From Atlantibacter hermannii (GTDB lineage: Bacteria > Pseudomonadota > Gammaproteobacteria > Enterobacterales > Enterobacteriaceae), in NCBI GenBank assembly GCA_009907385.1, contig JAAATR010000117.1, positions 1 through 32,000 of the forward strand: DNA of 32,000 nucleotides, read 5' to 3'. The position numbers and the translations under genes are program-made. The number at the start of each line of letters is the position of its first letter. The stretch's first letter is position 1. The notes below the pieces were generated by a model. It had not been told where the DNA came from and made no database searches. It saw nothing but the letters and a program-made list of their open reading frames with translations. This document shows positions 9,318 through 18,369 of this stretch, one piece after another.

Positions 9318-11819
9318 ATGTCTCATACGATTGATCTCACCCTGGATGGCTTGTCCTGCGGCCATTGCGTTAAACGAGTAAAAGAAAGTCTGGAAAAGCG
9401 CCCTGATGTTGACACCGCTGAAGTCACCATTACTTCCGCTCAGGTCACCGGCAGCGCGTCTGCCGAGGCGTTAATCGACACCATAAAAGAAGCCGGATAC
9501 GGGGCGGAGTTAAGCCACCCAAAGGCTGATCCGCTGGCAGAGTCATCAATCCCGTCGGAAGCACTGACAGCGGCGCCCACCTCGCTTCCGGCAGACGCGT
9601 CGTACGATGACAGCCAACAGCTGCTGATCGACGGCATGAGCTGCGCCAGTTGCGTAAGCCGGGTGCAAAACGCGCTGTCCGGCGTGCCCGGCGTGACCCA
9701 GGCACGGGTGAATCTTGCGGAGCGCACCGCGTTAGTCATGGGTAGCGCTTCCGCAAGCGAATTAATCAGCGCGGTTGAGAAAGCCGGATACGGCGCTGAA
9801 GCGATTGAAGATGATAACGAGCGCCGCGAGCGCCAGCAGCAAACCGCCCAGGCGGCAATGAAACGCTTTCGCTGGCAATCCGCCCTCGCGCTGGCGGTGG
9901 GCGTGCCGGTGATGATCTGGGGCATGTTCGGCGACAATATGATGGTCACCGAGGACAACCGCACATTGTGGCTGGTTATCGGCGCGATCACCCTGGGCGT
10001 GATTATTTTCGCGGGCGGCCATTTTTATCGCAGCGCCTGGAAAAGCCTGATGAACGGCACCGCGACCATGGATACGCTGGTGGCGCTCGGCACCGGGGCC
10101 GCCTGGCTCTACTCCATGAGCGTCAACCTGTGGCCGCAGTGGTTCCCGATGGAAGCACGCCATCTTTACTACGAAGCCAGCGCCATGATTATCGGCTTGA
10201 TTAACCTCGGCCATATGCTGGAAGCCCGGGCGCGCCAGCGGTCGTCGAAGGCGCTGGAACGGCTGCTTGACCTCACGCCGCCTACCGCGCGCGTGGTCAC
10301 CGAAAACGGCGAACAAACCCTGCCGCTGGCGGAAGTGCAGCCTGGCATGACGCTGCGCCTGACCACCGGCGATCGCGTTCCGGTCGATGGCGAAATCACC
10401 GAGGGTGAAGCCTGGTTTGATGAGGCGATGCTGACCGGCGAGCCGATCCCGCAACAAAAAAGCGTCAGCGAGAGCGTCCACGCCGGGACCGTGGTGCAGG
10501 ATGGCAGTGTGCTGTTCCGCGCCAGCGCGGTCGGCAACCATACCACCCTGTCGCGCATTATTCGCATGGTGCGCCAGGCGCAGAGCAGTAAACCGGAAAT
10601 CGGCAAACTCGCCGACCGTATTTCAGCGGTGTTTGTCCCGATCGTGGTGCTGATTGCGCTGCTCAGCGGCGCTATCTGGTTCTTCTTCGGCCCGGCCCCG
10701 CAAATCGTGTATACCCTGGTGATCACCACCACGGTACTGATCATCGCCTGCCCTTGCGCGCTGGGCCTGGCAACGCCGATGTCGATTATCTCCGGCGTAG
10801 GCCGCGCCGCCGAGTTTGGCGCGCTGGTGCGCGATGCCGATGCGCTGCAACGCGCCAGCACCCTCGACACGGTCGTGTTCGATAAAACCGGCACGCTGAC
10901 TGAAGGCAAGCCGCAGGTAGTGGCCGTGGTGGTGGCCGGTGGCGTTGACGAGCAGCAGGCGGTGCGTCTGGCCGCCGCGCTGGAACAGGGTTCCAGCCAC
11001 CCGCTGGCGCGCGCCATCCTTGATAAGGCTGCGTCGATGTCGCTGCCCCCGGTGAACGGATTTCGTACCCTGCGCGGGCTGGGCGTCAGCGGCGAAACCG
11101 AAGGCCATTCGTTATTGCTGGGCAACCAGGCGCTGCTGCACGAACAGCAGGTCGATACCCGCGAACTGGATGCGGAAATCGAACGCCAGGCCCGGCAAGG
11201 CGCGACCCCGGTGCTGCTCGCCATTGACGGTAAGGCCGCTGCGCTGCTGGCCATCCGCGATCCGCTGCGCGAAGACAGCCGCGACGCGCTGGCCCGTCTG
11301 CATCGCGAGGGCTATCGTCTGGTGATGTTAACCGGCGACAACGCCATCACCGCTCAGGCCATCGCCAAAGAAGCGGGTATTGATGAGGTGATTGCCGGCG
11401 TGCTGCCGGATGGCAAAGCGGAGGCGATTGCCAGACTGCAACGCGAAGGCCGTCAGGTGGCGATGGTCGGTGACGGGATTAACGACGCCCCTGCGCTGGC
11501 CCAGGCGGATGTCGGTATCGCCATGGGCGGCGGCAGCGATGTGGCGATTGAAACCGCCGCCATCACGCTGATGCGCCACAGCCTGATGGGCGTCGCCGAT
11601 GCGCTGGCGATTTCCAAAGCCACGCTGCGCAATATGAAGCAAAACCTGCTGGGCGCGTTTATCTACAACACGCTGGGCATCCCGATTGCCGCCGGTATCC
11701 TGTGGCCGCTGACCGGGACGCTGTTAAACCCGGTGGTCGCCGGCGCGGCGATGGCGCTGTCGTCGATTACCGTGGTAAGCAACGCCAACCGCCTGTTGCG
11801 CTTTAAACCCAAAGCCTGA
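9318..11819 (+). CDS. copA: Cu(I)-exporting P1B-type ATPase CopA
   Basis: 833 aa. Two N-terminal GMSCxxC/CGHC metal-binding domains, a CPC membrane motif, DKTGTLT phosphorylation site, TGD and GDGINDAP. Confidence 0.98.
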   Translation: MSHTIDLTLDGLSCGHCVKRVKESLEKRPDVDTAEVTITSAQVTGSASAEALIDTIKEAGYGAELSHPKADPLAESSIPSEALTAAPTSLPADASYDDSQQLLIDGMSCASCVSRVQNALSGVPGVTQARVNLAERTALVMGSASASELISAVEKAGYGAEAIEDDNERRERQQQTAQAAMKRFRWQSALALAVGVPVMIWGMFGDNMMVTEDNRTLWLVIGAITLGVIIFAGGHFYRSAWKSLMNGTATMDTLVALGTGAAWLYSMSVNLWPQWFPMEARHLYYEASAMIIGLINLGHMLEARARQRSSKALERLLDLTPPTARVVTENGEQTLPLAEVQPGMTLRLTTGDRVPVDGEITEGEAWFDEAMLTGEPIPQQKSVSESVHAGTVVQDGSVLFRASAVGNHTTLSRIIRMVRQAQSSKPEIGKLADRISAVFVPIVVLIALLSGAIWFFFGPAPQIVYTLVITTTVLIIACPCALGLATPMSIISGVGRAAEFGALVRDADALQRASTLDTVVFDKTGTLTEGKPQVVAVVVAGGVDEQQAVRLAAALEQGSSHPLARAILDKAASMSLPPVNGFRTLRGLGVSGETEGHSLLLGNQALLHEQQVDTRELDAEIERQARQGATPVLLAIDGKAAALLAIRDPLREDSRDALARLHREGYRLVMLTGDNAITAQAIAKEAGIDEVIAGVLPDGKAEAIARLQREGRQVAMVGDGINDAPALAQADVGIAMGGGSDVAIETAAITLMRHSLMGVADALAISKATLRNMKQNLLGAFIYNTLGIPIAAGILWPLTGTLLNPVVAGAAMALSSITVVSNANRLLRFKPKA
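9518..9529 (+). promoter_or_regulatory. copA -1 programmed frameshift site giving the CopA(Z) chaperone
   Basis: Slippery heptamer C_CCA_AAG at 9518-9524 (codons 68-69). The -1 frame reads CCC AAA GGC TGA, with the stop at 9527-9529. This is the same arrangement as described for E. coli copA and would give a ~70-aa first-MBD protein. Confidence 0.75.
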
Positions 11820-11824
11820 TGATT

Positions 11825-11847
11825 CGCCCGGGAGCCTCTCCCGGGCG
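11825..11847 (+). terminator. copA 3' hairpin (terminator-like)
   Basis: CGCCCGGGAG-CCT-CTCCCGGGCG, a perfect 10-bp GC-rich stem 6 nt after the copA stop, followed only by GATTTG (a poor U-tract). Confidence 0.5.
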
Positions 11848-11904
11848 GATTTGCACCTTTCCGTACAGCGCGTTAGCATGAGTTCTTTTACCGGGAACGC
11901 ATTT

Positions 11905-12702
11905 ATGGGCTTGTTCGACCGTCTGCGCGCACTGCTGGGGAGCTTTGCCCCCGCCAATCCCTGGCCCGCCATCGACATGACGCTGCCCGGAAAACGCCAC
12001 CTCCACCTCGTCGGCAGCATCCATATGGGCACAAAGGATATGTCGCCGCTTTCAGCGCGCCTGGTTGAAAAAGTGCGCCGCGCCGATGCGTTGATCGTCG
12101 AAGCGGATATCCGCGAAGGCGGTTCACCGTTCGGCTTTGATCAGGCTGAACGCACGCTGGCCGAGCGTCTGGATGCGTCCAGCCTTGAGCAAATTGAAAA
12201 AATCGCCAGCGAACTGTCCATTCCTCTCGCGCGTCTGGATCATCAGCCAGCCTGGCAGGTGGCGTTAATGTTACAGGCTCATCAGGCGCAAAGCCTCGGG
12301 TTGCGCCCTGAATACGGCATCGACTATCAACTGTTGCAGGCCGCTCAGGCCAATAACACCCGGGTCATGGAGCTGGAAGGCGCGGACAGCCAGATTGCCC
12401 TGCTGCGCCAGTTGCCTGAACAGGGGCTGGGGTTGCTGCAGGACACCCTCACCCACTGGCATACCAACGCCCGGCTCTTACAGTTAATGATTGGCTGGTG
12501 GCTCGGTAATCCGCCGCGCGACAGCCACGTCTCGCTGCCCAACACCTTCGCGCACGATCTTTATGACGTGCTGATGCATCAGCGCAACCAGGCATGGTGC
12601 GAATTTCTACATCATCTCCCGCCAGGCCGTTACGTGGTGGCGGTGGGCGCGCTGCATCTGTATGGCGAAGGGAATGTACCCGCGCTGCTGAAGAACCCGT
12701 AG
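11905..12702 (+). CDS. ybaP: TraB/GumN-family protein YbaP
   Basis: Collinear with E. coli YbaP: WPAIDMTLPGKRHLHLVGSIHMG, GIDYQLLQAA, GRYVVAVGALHLYGEGN. I chose the ATG at 11905 (265 aa, MGLFDRL...) by length match to the 264-aa E. coli protein rather than the ORF-track start at 11851. Confidence 0.9.
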   Translation: MGLFDRLRALLGSFAPANPWPAIDMTLPGKRHLHLVGSIHMGTKDMSPLSARLVEKVRRADALIVEADIREGGSPFGFDQAERTLAERLDASSLEQIEKIASELSIPLARLDHQPAWQVALMLQAHQAQSLGLRPEYGIDYQLLQAAQANNTRVMELEGADSQIALLRQLPEQGLGLLQDTLTHWHTNARLLQLMIGWWLGNPPRDSHVSLPNTFAHDLYDVLMHQRNQAWCEFLHHLPPGRYVVAVGALHLYGEGNVPALLKNP

Positions 12703-12784
12703 CGGATGCGCAATTTTGTTCTATTTTTCCGCTGCCTTAGCTTTTAACCTTTTCTGATGACTGAACCACAATCAGGTAATTACC

Positions 12785-13264
12785 ATGACACCCGCGGTCA
12801 AACTGCTCGAAAAAAACAAAATTGCCTTCAAAATTCACGCCTACGATCACGATCCCCATGACACCAATTTTGGCGACGAGGCGGTGCGCAAACTGGGGCT
12901 GAATGCCGACCAGGTCTATAAAACGCTGCTGGTATCAATAAATGGCGACGGCAAGCAGCTGGCGGTGGCGGTTACCCCGGTCGCCACGCAGCTGGATTTG
13001 AAAAAAGTCGCCAAAGCGCTGGGCGCCAAGAAAGTGGATATGGCCGACCCGATGGTGGCGCAGCGCACCACCGGGTATCTGGTGGGCGGTATCAGCCCGT
13101 TAGGCCAGAAAAAACGTCTGCCGACGCTGATTGACGCGCCCGCGCAGGGCTTTCCGGGCATCTATATTTCCGGCGGCAAGCGCGGCCTGGATATCGAACT
13201 GGCCCCGGAGGATCTGGCGTCGCTACTCAACGCCACCTTTGCGGATATCGCCCGTCGCGATTAG
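12785..13264 (+). CDS. ybaK: Cys-tRNA(Pro)/Cys-tRNA(Cys) deacylase YbaK
   Basis: 159 aa, [19 protein letters not shown]...[18 protein letters not shown], highly similar to E. coli YbaK. Confidence 0.97.
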   Translation: MTPAVKLLEKNKIAFKIHAYDHDPHDTNFGDEAVRKLGLNADQVYKTLLVSINGDGKQLAVAVTPVATQLDLKKVAKALGAKKVDMADPMVAQRTTGYLVGGISPLGQKKRLPTLIDAPAQGFPGIYISGGKRGLDIELAPEDLASLLNATFADIARRD

Positions 13265-13271
13265 CGCCCAT

Positions 13272-13300
13272 AAAAAAACCGGGGCTGCTTCGCCCCGGTT
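13272..13300. terminator. Terminator between convergent ybaK and ushA
   Basis: A7 run followed by AACCGGGGC-TGCTTC-GCCCCGGTT. On the minus strand the hairpin is followed by a U7 tract, a strong terminator for ushA. It is weaker for ybaK. Confidence 0.8.
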
Positions 13301-13309
13301 CGCTGTGGA

Positions 13310-14962
13310 TTATTTCCAGTTCACGTCGCCTTTCGGTTCATACGCATTCACATCCAGCGGCGAGTTTTGTTGGATGTACTGTTTCAGCACTTCCGCATCA
13401 ATAAATCCGGTATTCACATAGCCCGGCTGGTTATCGATTTGCGGATAGCCGTCGCCGCCCGTGGCGTTAAAGCTCAGCGTCGCCATGCGGTAGGTTTTGT
13501 TCGGATCGATCGGTTCGCCTTTGATTTTCAGGTCGCTCAGGCTCCCGCCCGAGGCACTAAAACTCACGTTGGCAAACTGCGGATAGGCCCCGGAATCCGG
13601 TTTTTTCTGCGCCACGGCGGTGAGATAGTCCACCACGGCTTTGCCGGGCATATCGATATACACCAGGGTATTGCCGAACGGCTGGACCTTGAGCACATCT
13701 TTATAAGTAATGTCGCCCGCTTCAATTGAATCGCGAATGCCGCCGCCGCTCATTACCGCGAAATCGGCTTCGGTACGCGCCATCTGCGCCGCCAGGATCA
13801 GGTGGCCGAGGTTGGTCTGCACGAAGCGAACTTTGCTGCGGTCCCCTTCCAGGTGCCCGTTGACGTTGCCGATGTTCACCTCAAGCTGCGCTTTGCCCTT
13901 GCTCTGGAACGGCGACAGCAGCGAGAGCATTTTCTGATTCTCGGCGATTTCCGGCGTGTAAAGAATGCGCTCGCTTTTGCCGTTATCCCAGGTGACTTTT
14001 TTCTTCAGGTTCACCGGGATCAGCTGATAATTCACCAGCTTCATCTCGCCGTTGCGGAATTCAAAATCCGCGCGGCCTACGTATTTGCCCCATTCATGGG
14101 CCTGAACAATCCAGATGCCGTTCTGGCGATCCGGCGCGCACGGCGTGCCCGGCACATAATCCCGCTGCTTTTTATTTTCCGCCGCCATGCAGACCGGATC
14201 CTGCGAATGACCGCCGACAATCATTGCCAGCGCGCCTTTCGGCAGGCTGCGCGCCATTTCCACATCGCCCGGCGCGTTAGAGCCGTGATCACCGTTATCG
14301 TAGTGCCCCATATGGGTAGTGGCGATAATCACATCCGGCTTTTCGGTTTGCTGTAGTTCCTGGATCACCAGCTTCGCTTCTTCCGCCGGTTTGCGGAATT
14401 CGATATCAGTGAAGAATTCCGGGTTGCCGATTTTCGCGGTGTCGTCGGTGGTCAGGCCGATGACCGCGATGTTCAAATCCTGGCGTTTAAACAGCGCCCA
14501 GGGTTTAAACAGCCGCTCACCGGTGCTTTTCTGGTAAATATTGGCGGAGAGGAACGGGAATTTCGCCCACTTTTCCTGCTGGCGTAGCACGGTAAGCGGA
14601 TTATCAAATTCATGGTTGCCGACGGCCATCGCATCGTAGCCAATCAGATTCATGCCGCGGAAATCGGGCTCGGCGTCCTGCAAATCGGATTCCGGCACCC
14701 CGGTATTAATATCGCCGCCGGAAAGTAACAGCACGCTGCCGCCCTGTTCGGCGACCTGCTGACGAATACTGTCCACCAGCGTTTTCTGTGCGGCAAGGCC
14801 ATATTCGCCGTATTCGTTACGCCAGAAATGACCGTGATGATCGTTGGTGTGAAGGATAGTAATTTTATATGTTTTATCCTGCTCGTAGGCCTGCGCGGTC
14901 GCGCTCAGCATGCCCATTGCCGTAAACAAGGCCAGTGCCAGGCCGGATTTGGCTAACCCCAT
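13310..14962 (-). CDS. ushA: Periplasmic UDP-sugar hydrolase / 5'-nucleotidase UshA
   Basis: Near-identical blocks to E. coli UshA (YEQDKTYKITILHTNDHHGHFWRNEYGEYGLAAQKTLVD...). The start is set at MGLAKSG (550 aa including the signal peptide, same as E. coli) rather than the ORF-track 14986. Confidence 0.96.
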   Translation of the reverse strand: MGLAKSGLALALFTAMGMLSATAQAYEQDKTYKITILHTNDHHGHFWRNEYGEYGLAAQKTLVDSIRQQVAEQGGSVLLLSGGDINTGVPESDLQDAEPDFRGMNLIGYDAMAVGNHEFDNPLTVLRQQEKWAKFPFLSANIYQKSTGERLFKPWALFKRQDLNIAVIGLTTDDTAKIGNPEFFTDIEFRKPAEEAKLVIQELQQTEKPDVIIATTHMGHYDNGDHGSNAPGDVEMARSLPKGALAMIVGGHSQDPVCMAAENKKQRDYVPGTPCAPDRQNGIWIVQAHEWGKYVGRADFEFRNGEMKLVNYQLIPVNLKKKVTWDNGKSERILYTPEIAENQKMLSLLSPFQSKGKAQLEVNIGNVNGHLEGDRSKVRFVQTNLGHLILAAQMARTEADFAVMSGGGIRDSIEAGDITYKDVLKVQPFGNTLVYIDMPGKAVVDYLTAVAQKKPDSGAYPQFANVSFSASGGSLSDLKIKGEPIDPNKTYRMATLSFNATGGDGYPQIDNQPGYVNTGFIDAEVLKQYIQQNSPLDVNAYEPKGDVNWK

Positions 14963-15156
14963 GTCAACGCTCCCTTTAGAAATCATTTAAATCCACAACA
15001 GTATAATCGCAGGCCATCCTGAACCACGAGCTTTTCAGATTTGCGGCTTTCCTCGGTTCAGGATGCGCGGTATGTTAGCGGAGTAACTATTCTCCGCATG
15101 GATAATTACCTGCGTTATCCGCTAATAATAAAATCATTTTTTTTGGAATCTATGGC

Positions 15157-16371
15157 ATGAGTGAACAAACCCAGTCGATAACCGGGCAACCGGCATCGCC
15201 GCCGAAAAGCCGCACGTCGTTCGGCATTTTAGGCGCAATCAGCCTTTCGCATTTATTAAACGATATGATCCAGTCGCTGATCCTGGCGCTGTATCCGCTA
15301 TTGCAGGCTGAATTTACCCTGAGCTTTGTACAGATCGGGATGATTACCCTGACCTTCCAGCTCACCTCGTCGCTGCTGCAACCCGTGGTCGGTCACTATA
15401 CCGATAAATACCCGATGCCCTGGTCGCTGCCGATAGGTATGTGCTTTACCCTGTGCGGACTGGTGCTGTTGGCGATGGCGGGCAGTTTCCCGATGGTACT
15501 GCTGGCGGCGGCGCTGGTCGGCACCGGTTCGTCGGTGTTCCACCCGGAATCCTCCCGCGTGGCGCGCATGGCCTCCGGCGGTCGACATGGCCTGGCGCAG
15601 TCGCTGTTCCAGGTCGGCGGCAACTTCGGCAGCTCTCTCGGCCCGCTGCTGGCGGCCATCATTATCGCGCCGTACGGCAAAGGCAATGTGGGCTGGTTTG
15701 TGCTGGCCGCGCTGCTGGCGATTGTGGTGCTGGCGCAGGTTAGCCGCTGGTACGCCGCGCAGCATCGGCTGGCTAAAAGCCGCCCGGCGGTGAAAATTGA
15801 AAATCCGCTGCCGCGCCCGCAGGTAATTCAGGCGATAAGCGTGCTGCTGATCCTGATTTTCTCGAAGTACTTTTATATGGCGAGCATCAGCAGCTACTTC
15901 ACCTTTTACCTGATGGAGAAGTTCAGCCTGTCGGTGCAAAGCGCCCAGCTACACCTGTTCGGATTTTTGTTCGCGGTGGCGGCGGGCACCGTCATCGGCG
16001 GGCCGGTGGGCGATAAGATTGGTCGCAAACTGGTCATCTGGGGTTCCATCCTCGGCGTCGCGCCCTTTACACTGATCCTGCCTTACGCCAACTTATGGTG
16101 GACGGGAGTGTTGACGGGCATCATCGGCTTTATTCTGGCCTCGGCGTTTTCGGCCATTCTGGTGTATGCCCAGGAATTGATGCCGGGGCGCATTGGAATG
16201 GTTTCCGGGCTGTTCTTCGGCTTCGCCTTCGGCATGGGAGGGCTTGGCGCAGCGGTGCTTGGCTTCGTCGCTGACCAGACCAGTATTTTTCTGGTTTATA
16301 AAATCTGCGCTTTCCTGCCTCTCTTGGGGATACTGACGGTATTCCTGCCGGATACTCGCCGTAAAGCGTAA
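15157..16371 (+). CDS. fsr: MFS transporter Fsr (fosmidomycin resistance)
   Basis: 404 aa, TSFGILGAISLSHLLNDMIQSLILA.YPLLQ...FHPESSRVARMASGGRHGLAQS, collinear with E. coli Fsr. Confidence 0.95.
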   Translation: MSEQTQSITGQPASPPKSRTSFGILGAISLSHLLNDMIQSLILALYPLLQAEFTLSFVQIGMITLTFQLTSSLLQPVVGHYTDKYPMPWSLPIGMCFTLCGLVLLAMAGSFPMVLLAAALVGTGSSVFHPESSRVARMASGGRHGLAQSLFQVGGNFGSSLGPLLAAIIIAPYGKGNVGWFVLAALLAIVVLAQVSRWYAAQHRLAKSRPAVKIENPLPRPQVIQAISVLLILIFSKYFYMASISSYFTFYLMEKFSLSVQSAQLHLFGFLFAVAAGTVIGGPVGDKIGRKLVIWGSILGVAPFTLILPYANLWWTGVLTGIIGFILASAFSAILVYAQELMPGRIGMVSGLFFGFAFGMGGLGAAVLGFVADQTSIFLVYKICAFLPLLGILTVFLPDTRRKA

Positions 16372-16377
16372 CGCAAC

Positions 16378-16402
16378 GCGGCCAAAGCCATACTTTGGCC
16401 GC
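16378..16402 (+). terminator. fsr 3' hairpin (terminator-like)
   Basis: GCGGCCAAA-GCCATAC-TTTGGCCGC, a 9-bp stem 7 nt after the fsr stop. No U-tract follows. Confidence 0.4.
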
Positions 16403-16601
16403 TGCTGTACCCCGCATATCCTCACGCTTTAGGCTCAATAAAGACGAAAATCCACTCTCTGGTACTGTTTTCTCATCCAAATGCCATTTTTCTTCAAAAT
16501 TCAACAATTATTCATAAACGAGACGTATGAAATTGTCATAAACTATTTACAGGAGGCCAGGTTAACCTGGCCGGGAGCCACTGAATACGAAAGGAGACGG
16601 A

Positions 16602-18278
16602 ATGCATCACGCCACCCCGCTTATCACCACCATTGTCGGCGGCCTCGTGCTCGCTTTTTTGCTGGGCATGCTGGCCAACAGGTTACGTATATCACCACTG
16701 GTGGGATATTTGCTTGCTGGGGTTTTAGCAGGGCCATTTACGCCGGGTTTTGTGGCTGACACCAAACTTGCGCCGGAGCTGGCGGAACTTGGGGTTATCC
16801 TGCTGATGTTTGGCGTGGGATTGCATTTCTCGATTAAGGATCTGATGGCGGTAAAGTCGATAGCCATCCCGGGCGCCATCGCGCAGATTGCGGTGGCGAC
16901 GCTGTTGGGGATGGGGCTTGCCTGGACGCTTGGCTGGTCGATAATGACCGGCATCGTGTTTGGTTTGTGTCTTTCCACCGCCAGTACCGTGGTGCTACTG
17001 CGGGCGCTTGAAGAACGGCAGTTGATCGACAGCCAGCGGGGGCAAATCGCCATCGGCTGGCTGATCGTCGAAGATTTGGTGATGGTGCTGACGCTGGTCT
17101 TGCTGCCCGCCGTGGCAGGCATGCTGGAAAAAGGCAACGTCGGGCTGGCCTCACTGTCGCTGGACATGGGGATCACCATCGGCAAAGTGGTGGCGTTTAT
17201 CGCCCTGATGATGCTGGTAGGCCGTCGCGTAGTGCCGTGGATCCTGGCGCGCAGCGCCGCGACCGGTTCCCGCGAACTGTTTACCCTGTCGGTACTGGCG
17301 CTGGCGTTAGGTATCGCGTTCGGCGCAGTTGAACTGTTCGATGTCTCCTTCGCCCTCGGCGCGTTCTTCGCCGGGATGGTGCTCAACGAATCGGAACTGA
17401 GCCATCGCGCCGCTCACGACACGCTGCCGCTGCGTGACGCCTTCGCGGTTTTGTTCTTCGTCTCTGTCGGGATGCTGTTCGACCCGCTGATTCTGATCCA
17501 GCAGCCGCTGGCAGTGCTGGGCACGGTTATCATCATAATCTTCGGTAAATCGCTGGCTGCGTTTGCCCTGGTGCGGTTATTTGGTCACTCGCAACGCACC
17601 GCATTAACCATTTCAACCAGCCTGGCGCAGATTGGTGAATTTGCGTTTATCCTGGCGGGCCTTGGCATGGCGCTCGATCTGCTGCCGCAGGAGGGCCAGA
17701 ATCTGGTGCTGGCGGGGGCAATCCTGTCGATTATGCTCAACCCGATCCTGTTCGCCATTCTTGAAAAGTATCTTGATAAAACCGAGACCCTGGAAGAGCA
17801 GACGCTTGAAGAGGCGCTGGAAGAAGAGCAGCAAAATCCGGTGGATATTTGCAACCACGCGCTGCTGGTGGGCTATGGTCGTGTTGGCAGCCTGCTGGGC
17901 GAGAAGCTGATGGAGCAAGGCATTCCGCTGGTGGTGGTCGAAACCTCCCGGACGCGGGTGGATGAATTACGCTCGCGCGGCATTCGTGCCGTTCTGGGGA
18001 ATGCCGCCAACGAGGAGATCCTGAGCCTGGCGCATCTGGACTGCGCGCGCTGGCTGCTGCTGACCATTCCAAACGGCTATGAGGCCGGTGAAATCGTGGC
18101 GACGGCACGCGCGAAATGCCCGGATATCGAAATCATCGCCCGTGCCCATTACGATGATGAAGTGGATTACATCAGCGAACGCGGCGCCAATGAGGTGGTG
18201 ATGGGCGAACGTGAAATCGCTAACACTATGCTGGCGCTGTTGGGTAAATCGCCGCTGGATGAGGCGGTAACGGGGTAG
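16602..18278 (+). CDS. ybaL: CPA2-family cation:proton antiporter YbaL (KefB/C-like, C-terminal RCK/TrkA-N domain)
   Basis: 558 aa, the same length as E. coli YbaL. It has a multi-TM N-terminal domain and a C-terminal LLVGYGRVGS Rossmann motif. Confidence 0.95.
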   Translation: MHHATPLITTIVGGLVLAFLLGMLANRLRISPLVGYLLAGVLAGPFTPGFVADTKLAPELAELGVILLMFGVGLHFSIKDLMAVKSIAIPGAIAQIAVATLLGMGLAWTLGWSIMTGIVFGLCLSTASTVVLLRALEERQLIDSQRGQIAIGWLIVEDLVMVLTLVLLPAVAGMLEKGNVGLASLSLDMGITIGKVVAFIALMMLVGRRVVPWILARSAATGSRELFTLSVLALALGIAFGAVELFDVSFALGAFFAGMVLNESELSHRAAHDTLPLRDAFAVLFFVSVGMLFDPLILIQQPLAVLGTVIIIIFGKSLAAFALVRLFGHSQRTALTISTSLAQIGEFAFILAGLGMALDLLPQEGQNLVLAGAILSIMLNPILFAILEKYLDKTETLEEQTLEEALEEEQQNPVDICNHALLVGYGRVGSLLGEKLMEQGIPLVVVETSRTRVDELRSRGIRAVLGNAANEEILSLAHLDCARWLLLTIPNGYEAGEIVATARAKCPDIEIIARAHYDDEVDYISERGANEVVMGEREIANTMLALLGKSPLDEAVTG

Positions 18279-18319
18279 ACACGCTTGTGAACGCCGATGG
18301 CGTGTAATCTTTTCGCGTC

Positions 18320-18356
18320 AAAAAAAGGCGGGTCAGCATTGCTGATCCGCCTTTTT
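18320..18356. terminator. Bidirectional rho-independent terminator (ybaL / gsk)
   Basis: A7-GGCGGGTCAGC-ATT-GCTGATCCGCC-T5, an 11-bp stem with one G-U pair, flanked by A and T runs between convergent genes. Confidence 0.88.
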
Positions 18357-18369
18357 CATGGGCGCTCGC

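Noticed and set aside
9440-11642. Several long minus-strand ORFs antisense to copA (183, 259, 361, 161 and 104 aa)
   Set aside because: These are typical GC-rich antisense frames with Arg/Ala/Ser/Pro-rich low-complexity products and no family motifs. They lie entirely within a well-supported CDS.
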